From assembly GCA_973895155.1 (NCBI GenBank), contig OZ316893.1, positions 9,611,839-9,675,838 of the forward strand: a stretch of DNA of 64,000 nt, written 5' to 3'. How positions within the stretch are numbered: the first letter of the stretch is position 1; each line of letters begins with the position of its first letter. Shown here piece by piece: positions 1 to 11,850 of the stretch. Made by a program: the position numbers and the translations under genes. The stretch is from Marsupella aquatica (taxonomy: Eukaryota; Plantae; Marchantiophyta). A model generated the notes under the pieces. The model saw only the letters and a program-made list of their open reading frames with translations. It did no database searches and was not told where the DNA came from.

Positions 1-722
1 GACGAGAGCTGTCTGGAATCAATGGTTGAATGAACCGCGCTGCCAAGTCACCAATCTTCAAGGTGGGCAAACAAGAGTGATTTTTGTCGACAATTTCAAG
101 GGCCATGACTATACAGAAGCGTCTTTCACCACGTTGCAGAGATTGAATGCTACCATACGCAACTTACCTCCATGCTCCACTGATAAGACGCAACCTTGTG
201 ATTCATTTGTGATCTCCAAGATCAAGGATGCGTGGACAGATGCCTGGGAGAAGCACAAGTTGAAGACGATCATGAGTGGAAATGGATTTCAAAATTCTGG
301 TCGAAGTAGTGGGCAGAATTCTGGAGCAATGAAGAATCCTGGCAAACAATTTTTCTTAAAGCTTGCTGCAGCATCTGTACAGAAGGTCAATCAACAACGA
401 GACAAGCACACTGGTATAACATATGCAAGGAAGGCTATGATTCGTTGTGGTCTTTCCCTTGATATCAATGGAGTGTGGCATGAACAACAATTGAATCCAG
501 ATCTTCAAAATTTGATTCAAAAATACAGGATTCATTGGGACATGTACCTGATCAAGATACAGGATTGACATTGTTCCTGTAATTCCACCACAGATTAGCA
601 CTACTGATTCTGATTCAGAAGAGGAACCGCCTGTGGATTCTGAGTCTGAAGGCAATGATTTCGGATCACAAGATGATGAATCTGGACATGACAATTCTGG
701 ATTTGGAAATGGATTGGATTAG
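1..722 (+). pseudogene. C-terminal part of a pogo/Tc5-like (DDE_1 family) transposase, apparently frameshifted before an acidic tail
   Basis: ORF 26..568 has IFVDNFKGH ... LPPCSTDKTQPCDSFVISKIK, matching the DDE_1 pattern (hhDN..GH / LPP..T...QP.D..VI...K). An Asp/Glu/Ser-rich tail (DSDSEEEPPVDSESEG...) continues in another frame to TAG at 720-722. The 5' part lies outside the window. Confidence 0.75.
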
Positions 723-1052
723 ACTTAAATTACAGGAATATGAGTAGGGAGTTTAGTCAATTGTCATAGTATGAGTTTAGTCAATTGTCATAGTATGATT
801 TTGATTGTATTCTTAACCTGATTTTAATAAATAATGTTTGATTTTATATGCCCTTGCAAATACATCTTACTGGCTGGAAAAATTCATAAGTTATACACAT
901 TAATTGAGTATTCATCACACACTATTTGTGGGTCACCAAAAATAATCTCCCTTACTTTAATTTAGAATAACATGTATTTACTCTCACTTCTTATATAGTC
1001 TCACATACATTAATTATGGTGATATCTTTCAAAATCTTTTGTTCGTAAATAC

Positions 1053-1126
1053 TGTGTGATACTAATTACGGTAATCAGTGTAGTTCCCTGTGTGTGATAC
1101 TAATTACGATAAACAGTGTAGTTCCC
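1053..1126. repeat. Near-perfect duplication (36-bp unit, period 38), possibly including the right end of the pogo-like element (...TAATTACGG|TA)
   Basis: tgtgtgatactaattacggtaatcagtgtagttccc at 1053-1088 and a 2-mismatch copy at 1091-1126. The TIR role is inferred because the left end is not visible. Confidence 0.6.
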
Positions 1127-1794
1127 AGACTGGACAAGAAGATCAATGTCCTCGGCGGTGATTAAAGGGGCCGACGTGAATAAACCAGAATAATATTGGA
1201 GTGTTCATTGTCGTAAAGAGTCGAACACCATGGAACTGATTGGATATTCCCCACGACATACAACACAGGCATGCATATGCCTCAGATCCGGATCCTTCAG
1301 TATATACTTGACAGAACCCACGAGTCTTGTTCGTTGTCTCTGATATTTCGAGTGTCACTTCCCACGAATGATAGCATGTTGTTGGAACAAAAATTGTTCT
1401 GTAAGATAGCTTGGGGTGTGCGTTGCTGAAACTGAGCATTCTCTTCATAAAACATTATGGTATAAATCTGCCTATAAAACGACCTACGAGGCAAATGTCT
1501 CTAAGCTAGAGCACACTCCCTCGTTCATCTCGACTTGGAAGAGTCGATCTCACTCGGAACGATGCAGAGCAGCTCGTAAACAATCCCGAACTCACGGTGG
1601 GAGCTATCACTGTCTTTCTCTTCCAGAACCCCGCTGAAATTCGGAAGTACGACCTAGGAAGTATTGTGTGCCGAAAAGATCGTGCGCAAGGCTCGATCGA
1701 TCGAGGACGATCAAGAATTGAGCAGCGGGCTTTTCGATCCAAGCCCTTCTCAGGGACCTCTATCTCACAGCACAACGAGCCCGATTCGGACGCA

Positions 1795-2199
1795 ATGGGT
1801 CCGAAATCCTTCATCGCCATTGTCCTCCCGCTTGTCAGCATCATCCTGCTCTCCCCCACCGTGGAGAGCTGCGTCAACTTCCAAGCGTGGTGGCAGGCAG
1901 CAAGTGGACCGGACGGCTTCAAATTAAATGCGCAGATTTGGGACGACAGTTCAAATACGGTGTGCTGGGCGGACCAGGTTTATGTCGACTCCAACGGGCC
2001 GGATCCCTTCTTGACTCTGACCTGCAATGCGGGCTACTCAGCCGTCTTCGACACCATAAATTCTTGGGACTTGACATACACTTCTCCGAATGGGGGTCCC
2101 TGGGTTCTCAATGCAGAGTGGGGCGACAATGTCCAAATGTGGTATTTGTGTACGTTTTGTGAGAGCCCTTCTGGGTGCTTCGTGCCCATATGCTGCTGA
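1795..2199 (+). CDS. Small secreted cysteine-rich protein (134 aa), unknown family
   Basis: ATG at 1795 lies within ORF 1597..2199. Hydrophobic signal peptide MGPKSFIAIVLPLVSIILLSPTVES|C. The mature part has 8 Cys and 7 Trp and ends ...CTFCESPSGCFVPICC. Intronless and GC-rich relative to its flanks. Confidence 0.7.
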   Translation: MGPKSFIAIVLPLVSIILLSPTVESCVNFQAWWQAASGPDGFKLNAQIWDDSSNTVCWADQVYVDSNGPDPFLTLTCNAGYSAVFDTINSWDLTYTSPNGGPWVLNAEWGDNVQMWYLCTFCESPSGCFVPICC

Positions 2200-4511
2200 G
2201 CCAAGATCCTTGAATGCTGGCCTGTCGGAGAGACAAGGTGGACACAACCGACAAGGGGGACTCAACCCTGCTGACTTTTATACTATGCATTCCAGTCTTG
2301 GACGCAATTAGTCTGCACAGTCAGTCGTGCTCTGAGGTCTTGTACGACACATCAATATGCATCATTCTTGTTTTCCGTTTCCCTTTGAGACTCGCCATTA
2401 CAGTGGCTTTCTCAAAATATCTACAGTAGTAGACATCAATCACTCAGGACGTGATTGAGTCTAGTAAGGTAGCGATAGTAACTAATGTTGGTAGCACAAA
2501 CAAGGGTCGGGACCAGGCTAGTACTAGGTGACACTTCGGTGTGAGCAACATGGGTCTATTCACACTGTCCAGGTCAGCAAAAAATGGCACTGTGATCACT
2601 CGAATTCAGATCTATCAACTCCAGGTACTCCGTAAATCTTACGCTCCAGATCCTCTCGTGAATCGAAACAAAGTTCTCAAAGAAGAAGGAGCATAGATGA
2701 CATATGAGCAATGTTGCTCTATGTCGTGTCAGTTGTCTTGTCAGACGCTTAAATAAATTACAATTTCAAATGTCATTCCTTTGTATGAATGCCAACTCTA
2801 TCTCACAGTACTTTGGGTTTTATCACATAATTTGGCTATTCTGTTAGAAGTAAGTTATTGTTCAAGATCTCAGGTTCCGCCTTCTCTCTCTTGTCAAAAT
2901 GTGACCCTGGATGACCAGGGCATTATTGAAAGGAACATGGACCTTTGAAAGGAAAGATTGTTTTAGGGCTTCCCTAAAACAAACTGGATTTACCAAGTGC
3001 TACTCTGGTGGGGTGCTGTAATTCGTTGAACTCTTTTTGTTTCCAAGTGCTCATGGATAGGGTAATTGTAACTTGCAAGCAAACAGTAAAAATTTAGCAA
3101 AACAAAATTTTACATGACCCTTATTTTTCTACATGCAACTGCCTCGCTATCAACTACAGTACCTGGTTGGTAACATTCCTTTTGAGGATTTCACTTTTTG
3201 CTAGCCAGCTCGCTAGCCATGTGAACTCTTTAAAAAAACACAAAAAATGTAAAAGACACCAAAAAACAACTGAAATTTGGAACATTATTGTCTGGTTATC
3301 AAAATCTCCCATTATCAAAATCTCATGTTTGCTAGCAACATAGAATACCTCTCATGGATCAGTCCATAGCCTTAAAACTCTCCCAGTTGTGGAGACTGTA
3401 ACGGCAGAACGATTACCGGCGGAGGATGTATCAATCAACTTACAGATCACTTCTCACTGCTAACTTGTTATTTGTATCATGCGAGTGAAATTTCTGTTTG
3501 GGAGAGGCCTATCCGAGCTGTATAAGTGCATGTGGCTTCGATTCCGAAACACTGGCTGCCATTAAGTGGCGCCAAATGGAGCGGTTTCTGTCACGGTGCA
3601 TTGCGTTAATTTACAGTCCCGTTGAGGCCCGCCAAATCTACCGGCAAACAATGCCTTACCCCAGCCCACGCACTCCAATTTGATTTCGAACCTCTTTCTC
3701 GTCACCGAAACGTGAACGAGGTCTGGCGAAATCATTCTGCAACTTCTGCGACGCGTTTTCTGCGAGGCGCTCCTTTGTAGTTTCTAGATTCGTCTCGTCT
3801 ACGGAAATTTCTCTCTTCCACTGTTGTGCTGCTGGTGCTGGTGCTACGACAACCTGCAGAAGATAATGAACCATTCATTGCACTTCTCGGCTTCCAGGTT
3901 AATTTGAAGTGACAAATCGCATTACACAGAGCTTTAGCTCAATTTCGGTCGGTGATCGAATTTATGTCAATCCCTTTGCGGGCGTCGTTAAAGTCTCGAG
4001 CACAAATGTCTACAGTAGTTGGCTTAGTACGGTCGGTTCTTCGGAATTGTACAATTGTGCAATTGTGCAATACTCTTGGAAAGTTGCCCGGAACCATAGC
4101 CGGTGATTTAAGTGAATGATTGCTGTCCCAATAGATTACGTTTCAAAATTCGTTTGCGCTCGTCTTGCAGTAGCGTTTTACTTGTGGGCACTCGCCCCGG
4201 CTGGCATGTCTGTCATTGTCTGCATTGATATTGAGTGAGTCGACGGAGCCAGGAACCGCACAGTAGTCGGAGCGATAAGCACACTCAGAACGTCTGGACG
4301 GGACTAGGCCAGATTAGCGCAAGGACCAGACAAAGGAAGCACATGCATTGCCTGCCTAATAACCTGCACCGCACCATAATAGAAGGGAGCTGTCAGATTC
4401 AACCAACGTGGTCTACAATTCCTACTTGAAGTACTTCTGCTTGGGATCTGACGATAGACGAGCAGTGTGATTGATCAGTCTTGATTTTGATCTTCAAGAC
4501 ACTTGATGTTG

Positions 4512-4716
4512 TGTTGGAATTGACACAATATGAATGTTGAGATATTGAATGAACCGCACAGACCCGGTTCTTATACACGATTCCTACAGCCCGGGTGACT
4601 CACCGCCGGGAGCTAAAGCCCTAACAATTCCGTCATATAAGCGCGGCTGATTATGTCCTATACGTCTTAACCTAGCAAGATCCGGAGAAGTAGATCTGAC
4701 GGGTGATTTTTCAACA
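4512..4716 (-). repeat. 3' LTR of copia element
   Basis: tgttggaattgacac...tttttcaaca; identical to 9592-9796 except c4642 vs g9722. Confidence 0.97.
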
Positions 4717-4727
4717 CCCTCCTTCAA
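4717..4727 (-). other. Polypurine tract
   Basis: Minus strand reads TTGAAGGAGGG immediately before the 3' LTR. Confidence 0.85.
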
Positions 4728-4797
4728 CCGGCAGTAACCATATACTCTAATTTCTAGACACTTAACATTACTCAGCGTTCAGATCTCAGAGCTCAAA

Positions 4798-6357
4798 CTA
4801 CTTTAGTCTATCATGCTCTAAGATAGGATGTAGAATTCTAGTGTCTACTAGACCAAAAGCTGATCTGTGGAATTCAAACGCAGGTTTCGGTAGAGGTTTT
4901 GTCAAAATATCAGCTGTTTGTTTTCCTGTGGGAACATATTGCAAATCAATCTCTCCTTCAAGAACCCGTTCCCTAATGAAATGATGTTGTATTTCAATAT
5001 GCTTCGTGCGAGCATGAAATACTGGATTGTGTGCCAGTTTAATGGCACTTTGATTATCACAGTTCATGACAACGACTGACTCTGACATATTAGAAATAAT
5101 TTGTGAATTTGTGGAACTAACTTTCACGTGGTCTTGCTGTATTCCAATTTCTTTCATGAGTCTCTTTATCCATACTGCTTCTCTAGCTCCATCAGATAAT
5201 GCTTTGTACTCAGCTTCTGTAGATGAGCTCGATACAGTGGGCTGCCGTTTACTTGACCAAGTAATTGCTCCATGAGCCATTTGGAACATGTAGCCTCCAG
5301 TAGACCGTCGGGTCTCCGGACAAGAACCCCAATCAGAATCAGTGTGTCCAACGATTTGAAGAGGACTCTCCTTCTTGTACAATATTCCATATGTTGGCGT
5401 GTGGCCTATGTATCGTAGAATATGCATCACCGCCCGGAGATGTTCTTCCTGTGGACCTGCCATAAATCTACTCACCACCCCAACAGCATAAGAGATGTCA
5501 GGTCGTGTATTGGTGAGGTAAATAAGCTTACCGACAATTTGCCTGTACCGTGTGCCATCAGTAGTTGGAGTGCCACTTTCCATAAATAATTTTGTTCCCG
5601 GTGGCAAGGGAACATGTGCCGGCCTGCAGTTTTCCATTCCAAACTCTTTCAGAATGCTTGTGGCATACTTCGTTTGATGAATTGCAATTCCCTCCTTGCA
5701 ACGAATGTACTCAACTCCTAGGTAGGTGTTGATCTGCCCCATGTCGGTCATTTCAAACCGCTGTTGGAGCTGATCTTTCAATTCCTGGATTTTCTCATCA
5801 TTGTTACCAGTCAAAAACACATCATCCACATATAAGAGTAAAATGATCACCGTCTTGCCCTCCTTGATGAAATATAAATTGTAGTCTTGACTACTTCGTT
5901 GCCAGCCATTAGTCCTAAGAAATGAATCGATGCATTCATACCAAGCCCTAGGTGATTGCTTCAAACCATATAATGACCGTTTGAGTCTACAAACCCAATT
6001 CTCTTTGCCTTTCATGACATAGCCGGGTGGTTGATACATGAACACCATCTCCTTGAGAGTACTGTTAAGGAATGCCGTTTTGATATCCATCTGACTGATT
6101 TTCCAACCAAGAGCTGCTGCAAGCGAAGTGAGAGCTCTAAGAGTAGACCATTTCACCACTGGGGCGAAAGTCTCTTCAAAATCAATACCCCATTTTTGCT
6201 CGAAGCCTCGAGCTACAATCCTTGCCTTCAGCTTCACTTGGTCAGTCCCACTCTTGATTTTGTAGACCCATTTACACGTGATTGCTGTCTTCCCTACTGG
6301 TAAAGGCACCAGTTCCCAAGTGTCATTCTTTAGAATGGACCTGATCTCGTCATCCAT
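4798..6357 (-). pseudogene. Copia reverse transcriptase-RNase H segment
   Basis: Motifs KARIVARGF, QMDIKTAFLN, SLYGLKQSPRAW, LLYVDD, TRPDISYAV, DSDWG, SSTEAEY, CDNQSAI, RTKHIEIQHHFIRE, QTADILTK. Separated from the upstream linker (6373..6675, same frame) by TGA at 6373-6375. Confidence 0.95.
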
Positions 6358-6619
6358 GGCTGCTGTCCATCCTCAATGAGCAGCTGCCTGAGTAAACGTT
6401 ATATTTTCTCCGAGAGGATCCTCAACTTCGCAAATACAGGCATCAACATTGGCCCAGTTGATATACACATCAAATCCAGCAAGTCTAACATTGGTACGCC
6501 TCTCCCGGTCTGGATATCTACGTTCATTTGTTGTGAAAATAGGAGTTGAAACACTTGTTTCAGAAGATCCTTGCGGACTTACCGGGGGAGAATTGAAAGT
6601 GTGGTCATTAGGAGGAGCA

Positions 6620-7714
6620 TCATTCAGTGCTGGTCCTCGTTTGGTCATCTGGATCATCGTTTGGTCCACGGTCATCAGGTGCTAGTGTTGCTTGTGGTTG
6701 TTGAACGGTTGTTGCTGGCCGAGTGGAGTCAATCTGGACTCCCGTGTGGACTGAAGTGAACAGGTCTTGAGGGAAAAAGTCTTCTAGTTGAACAATGGGC
6801 TGGGCAATAAACTTGCTAATTCCCAGTTGCAGCTCATTGAAAGTGACATCCCGAGAAATGATCACTCGTTTCTTATCAGCATCGTAGCACCTGTATGCTT
6901 TAGAATTTTCATCATAGCCAACAAAAATAGTGGAAATTGCTTTAGCCTCTAGTTTAGTCCTACTTTGGTCAGGAACATGTACCATGGCTTTACATCCATA
7001 GACTCTGAGATGGCTCAGATCCGGTTTGACCCCCGTTAATTTTTCAATTGGAGTGATATGCTTGAGTGGTTTAGATGGTCTCCTATTTAGCAAGTAATTT
7101 GCCGTACGTAGGGATTCTTCCCATAGCTTCCCTGGCAACGAGGCACCGAGCGCAAGACTTCGTGAAGTTTCTAGCAAACTTCTATTCTTTCGCTCTGCTA
7201 TTCCATTCTGGTGAGGAGGTCTTGCAGTGGTCAATTGCCTTTTGATGCCGTTTTGGAAACAATATTCCAAAAATGCTTTAGACGTATACTCTCCCCCTCT
7301 ATCTGACTGAATGCAAGAAATTCGCTGGCCTGTTTGGTTTTCAACCATAGATTTAAACCCTTTGAATATATCAAAGGTATGACCCTTGTGTGACAAAAAA
7401 TAGACCCAACTGAACCGTGTGAAGTCATCAATAAAGGTAAGAACATATCGGGATCCTTTGATAGATTTCATAGGAAAGGGCCCGCATATGTCCGTATGAA
7501 TGAGCTCTAAAGGCCGTGACGTAGTAGCTCGAGACTGTTTTGGGATTTTTTCCCGATGCTGCTTGCCGTATGAGGAAGTGTCACATTGATGATGAACTGG
7601 CTGGATGGGAGGAATTCCCGTAGCCATGTGCTGGTGTGTGAGTTGATGAAGAGCCTGGAAATTCAAATGGCCAGTGCGATGGTGCCATAATGTTGCATCA
7701 CTAACATTGTGCAA
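6620..7714 (-). pseudogene. Copia GAG-pre-integrase/integrase segment
   Basis: LWHHRTGHLN, LELIHTDICGP, FIDDFTRFSWVYF, SDRGGEY, QNGIAERKNR, YRCYD...ISRDVTFNE. The second zinc-finger Cys appears lost (CDTS). A frameshift lies at about 6620-6700. Confidence 0.95.
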
Positions 7715-7771
7715 GTGTGTATATGGCTGCTCTCGACTCCTGTCCTATAGTAGGGACCAATCAGCTAGTGG

Positions 7772-9369
7772 TCATTGAAGGTCAACAGATGAGCTAGAAA
7801 GTATGGGTGTCGGTGCAGTAGAGATATTGTCAGATTGAACTAGACCTCGACTAAGAGCTAAACGTGCTGCAGCAGCCTGTGGAGAATCAGATACAGAAGT
7901 AGACATAATATAAGCTGAACTATTGATCTTGGGACAAGCTCCCCTCAATGTAGGGGTACGAGCAGCAGAACGTAACTTGCATTTGAGCTCTTCAGAAGAC
8001 TGGAGACGATATAAACTATTACGGGGATCTCTCTTTCCTTGTAAAAAAATTTTCTTAGGATTGTCTCTATCAAAAATCCAACAAGATTTTGAATTAAAGA
8101 GAACCACGTGGCCATTGTCAGTAAGCTTTCCTACAGAAAGTAAATTTTTCTTGACACTGGGCACGTACAAAACACTTCGAACACCTTTATTATTGGCAAG
8201 GTTCACATCCCCTTTCCCAACAATGGGAAGACTCTGACCTCCAGCAGTTGTCACACCAGACGTACTGGCTGAGTGAGGTCCAAGATTAGAAAAGATTTTT
8301 CTATTACCCGAAAGATGGGTAGTAGCTCCAGAATCAATATACCATTCTGGGTCAACATTCTCAAATTCTACCATGTTGGCCTGAATCACATCTTCGACCT
8401 TGGCTTCAGCGGGAGTAAAATAGTCATCGGGCTCTACTTCAGCGGTGTGTGCATGATGTCCTTTGCCCTTCAGGTCGGTTAGCGCAAACTCCATGTCACG
8501 TACTTTCTTCTCTAACGATTTCACTGGACATTCGTTTGCCCAGTGATCCGGGTGACCACAATGGTGACAGGAGCCATTCTTCGGTTTTACAGCCTTGCTG
8601 AGGCCTCGTCCTCCAAAACTTCGAGAGTCTGAGTACGTAGGCCCAGCTCTTCCTCTGCCTCGACCCCTTCCTCGGAAGTTGATTTTTGGATGGGCCTGTG
8701 TCAACATAGCCTCATCTGGTTCTTCGTTGGTGATGGTGCGCCTTGATTCTTCAAGCAGCAAATGCGTCTCCAGGTCTGCAAATGTGGGAAGCTTCTCTCT
8801 TCCTGCCATCATGGTTCCAAAAATGCTCCAACTAGAAGGAAGACTTGCAATCGTTAGGTCCACAAGTTCACCATCATTAACAGACGTTCCAATACCAGCA
8901 AGCTGAGTGACTATGATATTGATATGCTTTAGATGTTCCTCAATGGAACGTCCTTCGGATAGTCTCAATGAAAATAGTTTCTGCTTCAACATCAGACGAC
9001 GAGTGGCAGATGAGGAACCGTAAAGAGACTTAAATCGAGCCCATGCCACAGCAGGATCCGTCAAATCCATGATGTGGTGGAGAACTTCATCCTTCACAGT
9101 GGATGTCAAGATGACAAGAGCTTTCAACTGCTTGTCCAGTAGCGCCTCAGCAGCTGCTAGTATTGACGATGAATCTTGTAGAGTTGAAGTCTGGTCAGTT
9201 GTAGTGGAGTCCTCCTCTCCACTAGCTACTGCAGCAACTTTGCTGCTGGGTCCACGACCTCCCACAACCTTTCTCTTCTCAAGAGCTGCATCAACTTGTA
9301 AGACCAGAGAAAATAATTAGAAGAACCAGCTAGTTTCATACCCTCTGGAACTTCTTTGACGGTCGCCAT
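7772..9369 (-). pseudogene. Copia gag-protease segment
   Basis: ATG at 9369 gives MATVKEVPEGMKLAGSSNYFLWSYKLMQLLRRERLWEVVD (typical gag N-terminus), then a frameshift near 9240-9265 into ORF 7772..9265. That ORF has zinc knuckle CHHCGHPDHWANEC, protease WYIDSGATTH and VLYVPSVKKNLLSV. Confidence 0.92.
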
Positions 9370-9580
9370 CGCTGCACTTCCTATGTATTTCTAGGGAGTC
9401 AGTAGTTAGTTTGATGCAAAATAAAATGACCCAATGACCGTTAATGGTAGTCAGTACTTGTTCTACACTACAGAAACGAGCGCATGCTACTCTACTAAGT
9501 GATGTAACAAAGAACTCTAGCTACCGAAACTTACAACACGATCTCAATCATATTGCACCACAAGATCCCAATCAGAACCA

Positions 9581-9591
9581 CTCTGATACCA
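9581..9591 (-). other. Primer binding site (initiator tRNA-Met)
   Basis: Minus strand TGGTATCAGAG directly after the 5' LTR. Confidence 0.92.
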
Positions 9592-9796
9592 TGTTGGAAT
9601 TGACACAATATGAATGTTGAGATATTGAATGAACCGCACAGACCCGGTTCTTATACACGATTCCTACAGCCCGGGTGACTCACCGCCGGGAGCTAAAGCC
9701 CTAACAATTCCGTCATATAAGGGCGGCTGATTATGTCCTATACGTCTTAACCTAGCAAGATCCGGAGAAGTAGATCTGACGGGTGATTTTTCAACA
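9592..9796 (-). repeat. 5' LTR of copia element
   Basis: 205 bp, TG...CA, adjacent to PBS and TSD. Confidence 0.97.
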
Positions 9797-10819
9797 TGTT
9801 GATCTTCAAGACAAGGAGGAGGCTCTAGGGTCTTCGCAAGTGTCGACAATGTCAGTTCACTGCGTCATTTGGTGTTATTTTCTTAGAATGAATAGATCAG
9901 ATGATAGCATGATGGCCTTGCATTCAGTACTGTCTGGGGACATGAACGCCTGTTCTGCACTATGGCTGCCTGCAGACTCAGTGCCTTGTATTCCCACTTT
10001 TTATTTTAAAGTCGCTGTTGAGTTGTCCTTGAATTGAGCCTGGACAATTGAGTAGACCCCGAAAATATCAGATTTTGAGCTCTAGCATCTGATGCACAGA
10101 TACCGAAGGTAAGAATGCTAAACAGTATGTCGTAGATAATGATGGAAGCTCTGATGGAAATAATACGCTTCTTTCTTCACAGTAGGGACCATAATATTGT
10201 TAATAGTTTTGGTAATTTGCTTTTCTGCATGGAGTGTCTAAACGTGGATGGAGAGGAATTTGAAAGGGTTGATTCTGGTTTTGGTGACAGCCAAGCTGGG
10301 CAGAGAGCTTGTTCAAGACTACTCGGCTAATCTGACTAGCTCCGAAAATTGGATGGATTATGAGCTGTAGTCATTTTTTATCCGACCCCAAAGATCTTGT
10401 GAATCACTTGAGATCGGACGAAGATTGAGAAAGTTTCTCTTTTGTGCCGACCTCTCTTTGATACGAGTGTGCCTTGATCCCAAGAAACAACAAAACAGGG
10501 GAAGTCGATGACTCAAAACTAGGCAAGAAAAGAAATGGAGGTGTCTATTGAGTGGGCCCCCTCGCTTCTCTTCCAAACAAACTACCCAATACGAAAAAAA
10601 TTAATAAACAGTATTCTATTATTTCCTTGATTCTAAGTGTGTGAACAAATTTTTATTGCAAAACAGATAACCAAAGAAACCCAGCTGCCAGGACCAGCAA
10701 GGTGCCAATGGGCAAAACCCAGGAGCAATGCACTGGTGAAGGCCACAGCAACACAGGGGCCAAAGAAAATGGAGCCCCTACGTCATGACTTTTGGCTTAG
10801 GTCAAGGATATGTACCTCT

Positions 10820-11690
10820 TTAGATATAGATTTCTCCTCATCATTTTTTCCTTGATTTGACATCTTTTTCTCATTTTGTAATCTTTTTCTCACTTTGACA
10901 TCTTTATTTCACCATGATATTTATTTATCATTTCAAGATCATTTTTTTATGTTGACATCTTTTCCTCACCTTGAGATAGTTTCTTTTCTCAAGATCTTTT
11001 CTCAGTTTGATGTCTTTTCCTCACCTCGAGATCTTTTCTCACCTCGACAAATATCTTATCTTGTTCTCACCTTGCCATCTTTTTCTCACCATGACATCTT
11101 TTCTACCTTCGACATCTGTTCCTCACCTTGACATGTTGTTATCACTTTGCCATCTTTTTTCTCTCCATTATGACATATTTTTTCCACCTCGACATGTTTT
11201 TCAATCTCTCAGTGACATGTATCGGGCCCAAGATGTACTTAAATAACAAGTGAACATCATTCTTGACTTTTACATTGATCACAACTTCTTTCATTGACTA
11301 ACCACATACTTAAATACTTATTGCCGATTTTGAACTTAACAACATCTTTATACTTAACGACATCATTGGCGCCATGATCGACATCTATTTACTTGATAAC
11401 ATCTTGGCGGCACTACATCTTTGGAAAAATGACTTTTGTTTTCTTAATTAATGACATCTTTTTAATTCATGACATTTTTCATATAATTACATATTGGGCA
11501 ACACAACATCTTTTCTCTTAACTACATCTTGGGCACCACGACACTTTTTCTTAGCGACAATCATTTTGGGCGCCACGACATCTTGGGTGTCATGACACCT
11601 CTTTTCTTAACAACGTTTTGGACGTCACTACATCTTTATTTTAACAACATCTTGGGGGACACAATGTCTTTTTCCTTTGCAACATCTTTT
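10820..11690. repeat. Degenerate pyrimidine-rich minisatellite built on GACATCTT / TCACCT motifs
   Basis: Many recurrences of (t/c)gacatctttt...ctcacct in 10855-11200, changing to acatcttgg(g)c..cac variants in 11330-11690. Confidence 0.75.
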
Positions 11691-11850
11691 CTGCAATGCA
11701 CAATCCATGTATTGAGCTAGTTGGTGAATCCATATATTGAGCTAGTTGGTGATAATATCAAGCTAAAACGCTTTATAAAAACTGTTAAAAGAACATATGA
11801 CAAGTGTGAGAGAGGGCCTAGTTTAAAACAAAAGTTCACTAAGGGTCTAT

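Larger units (their letters stand above)
4512..9796 (-). mobile_element. Full-length Ty1/copia LTR retrotransposon (5285 bp), coding region disrupted
   Basis: 205-bp TG...CA LTRs at 4512-4716 and 9592-9796; 5-bp TSD TGTTG (4507-4511, 9797-9801); PBS and PPT present; domain order gag-PR-INT-RT-RH on the minus strand. Confidence 0.97.

Noticed and set aside
1597-1794. N-terminal 66 aa of ORF 1597..2199
   Set aside because: GTG start from the ORF caller; the ATG at 1795 directly opens a signal peptide.
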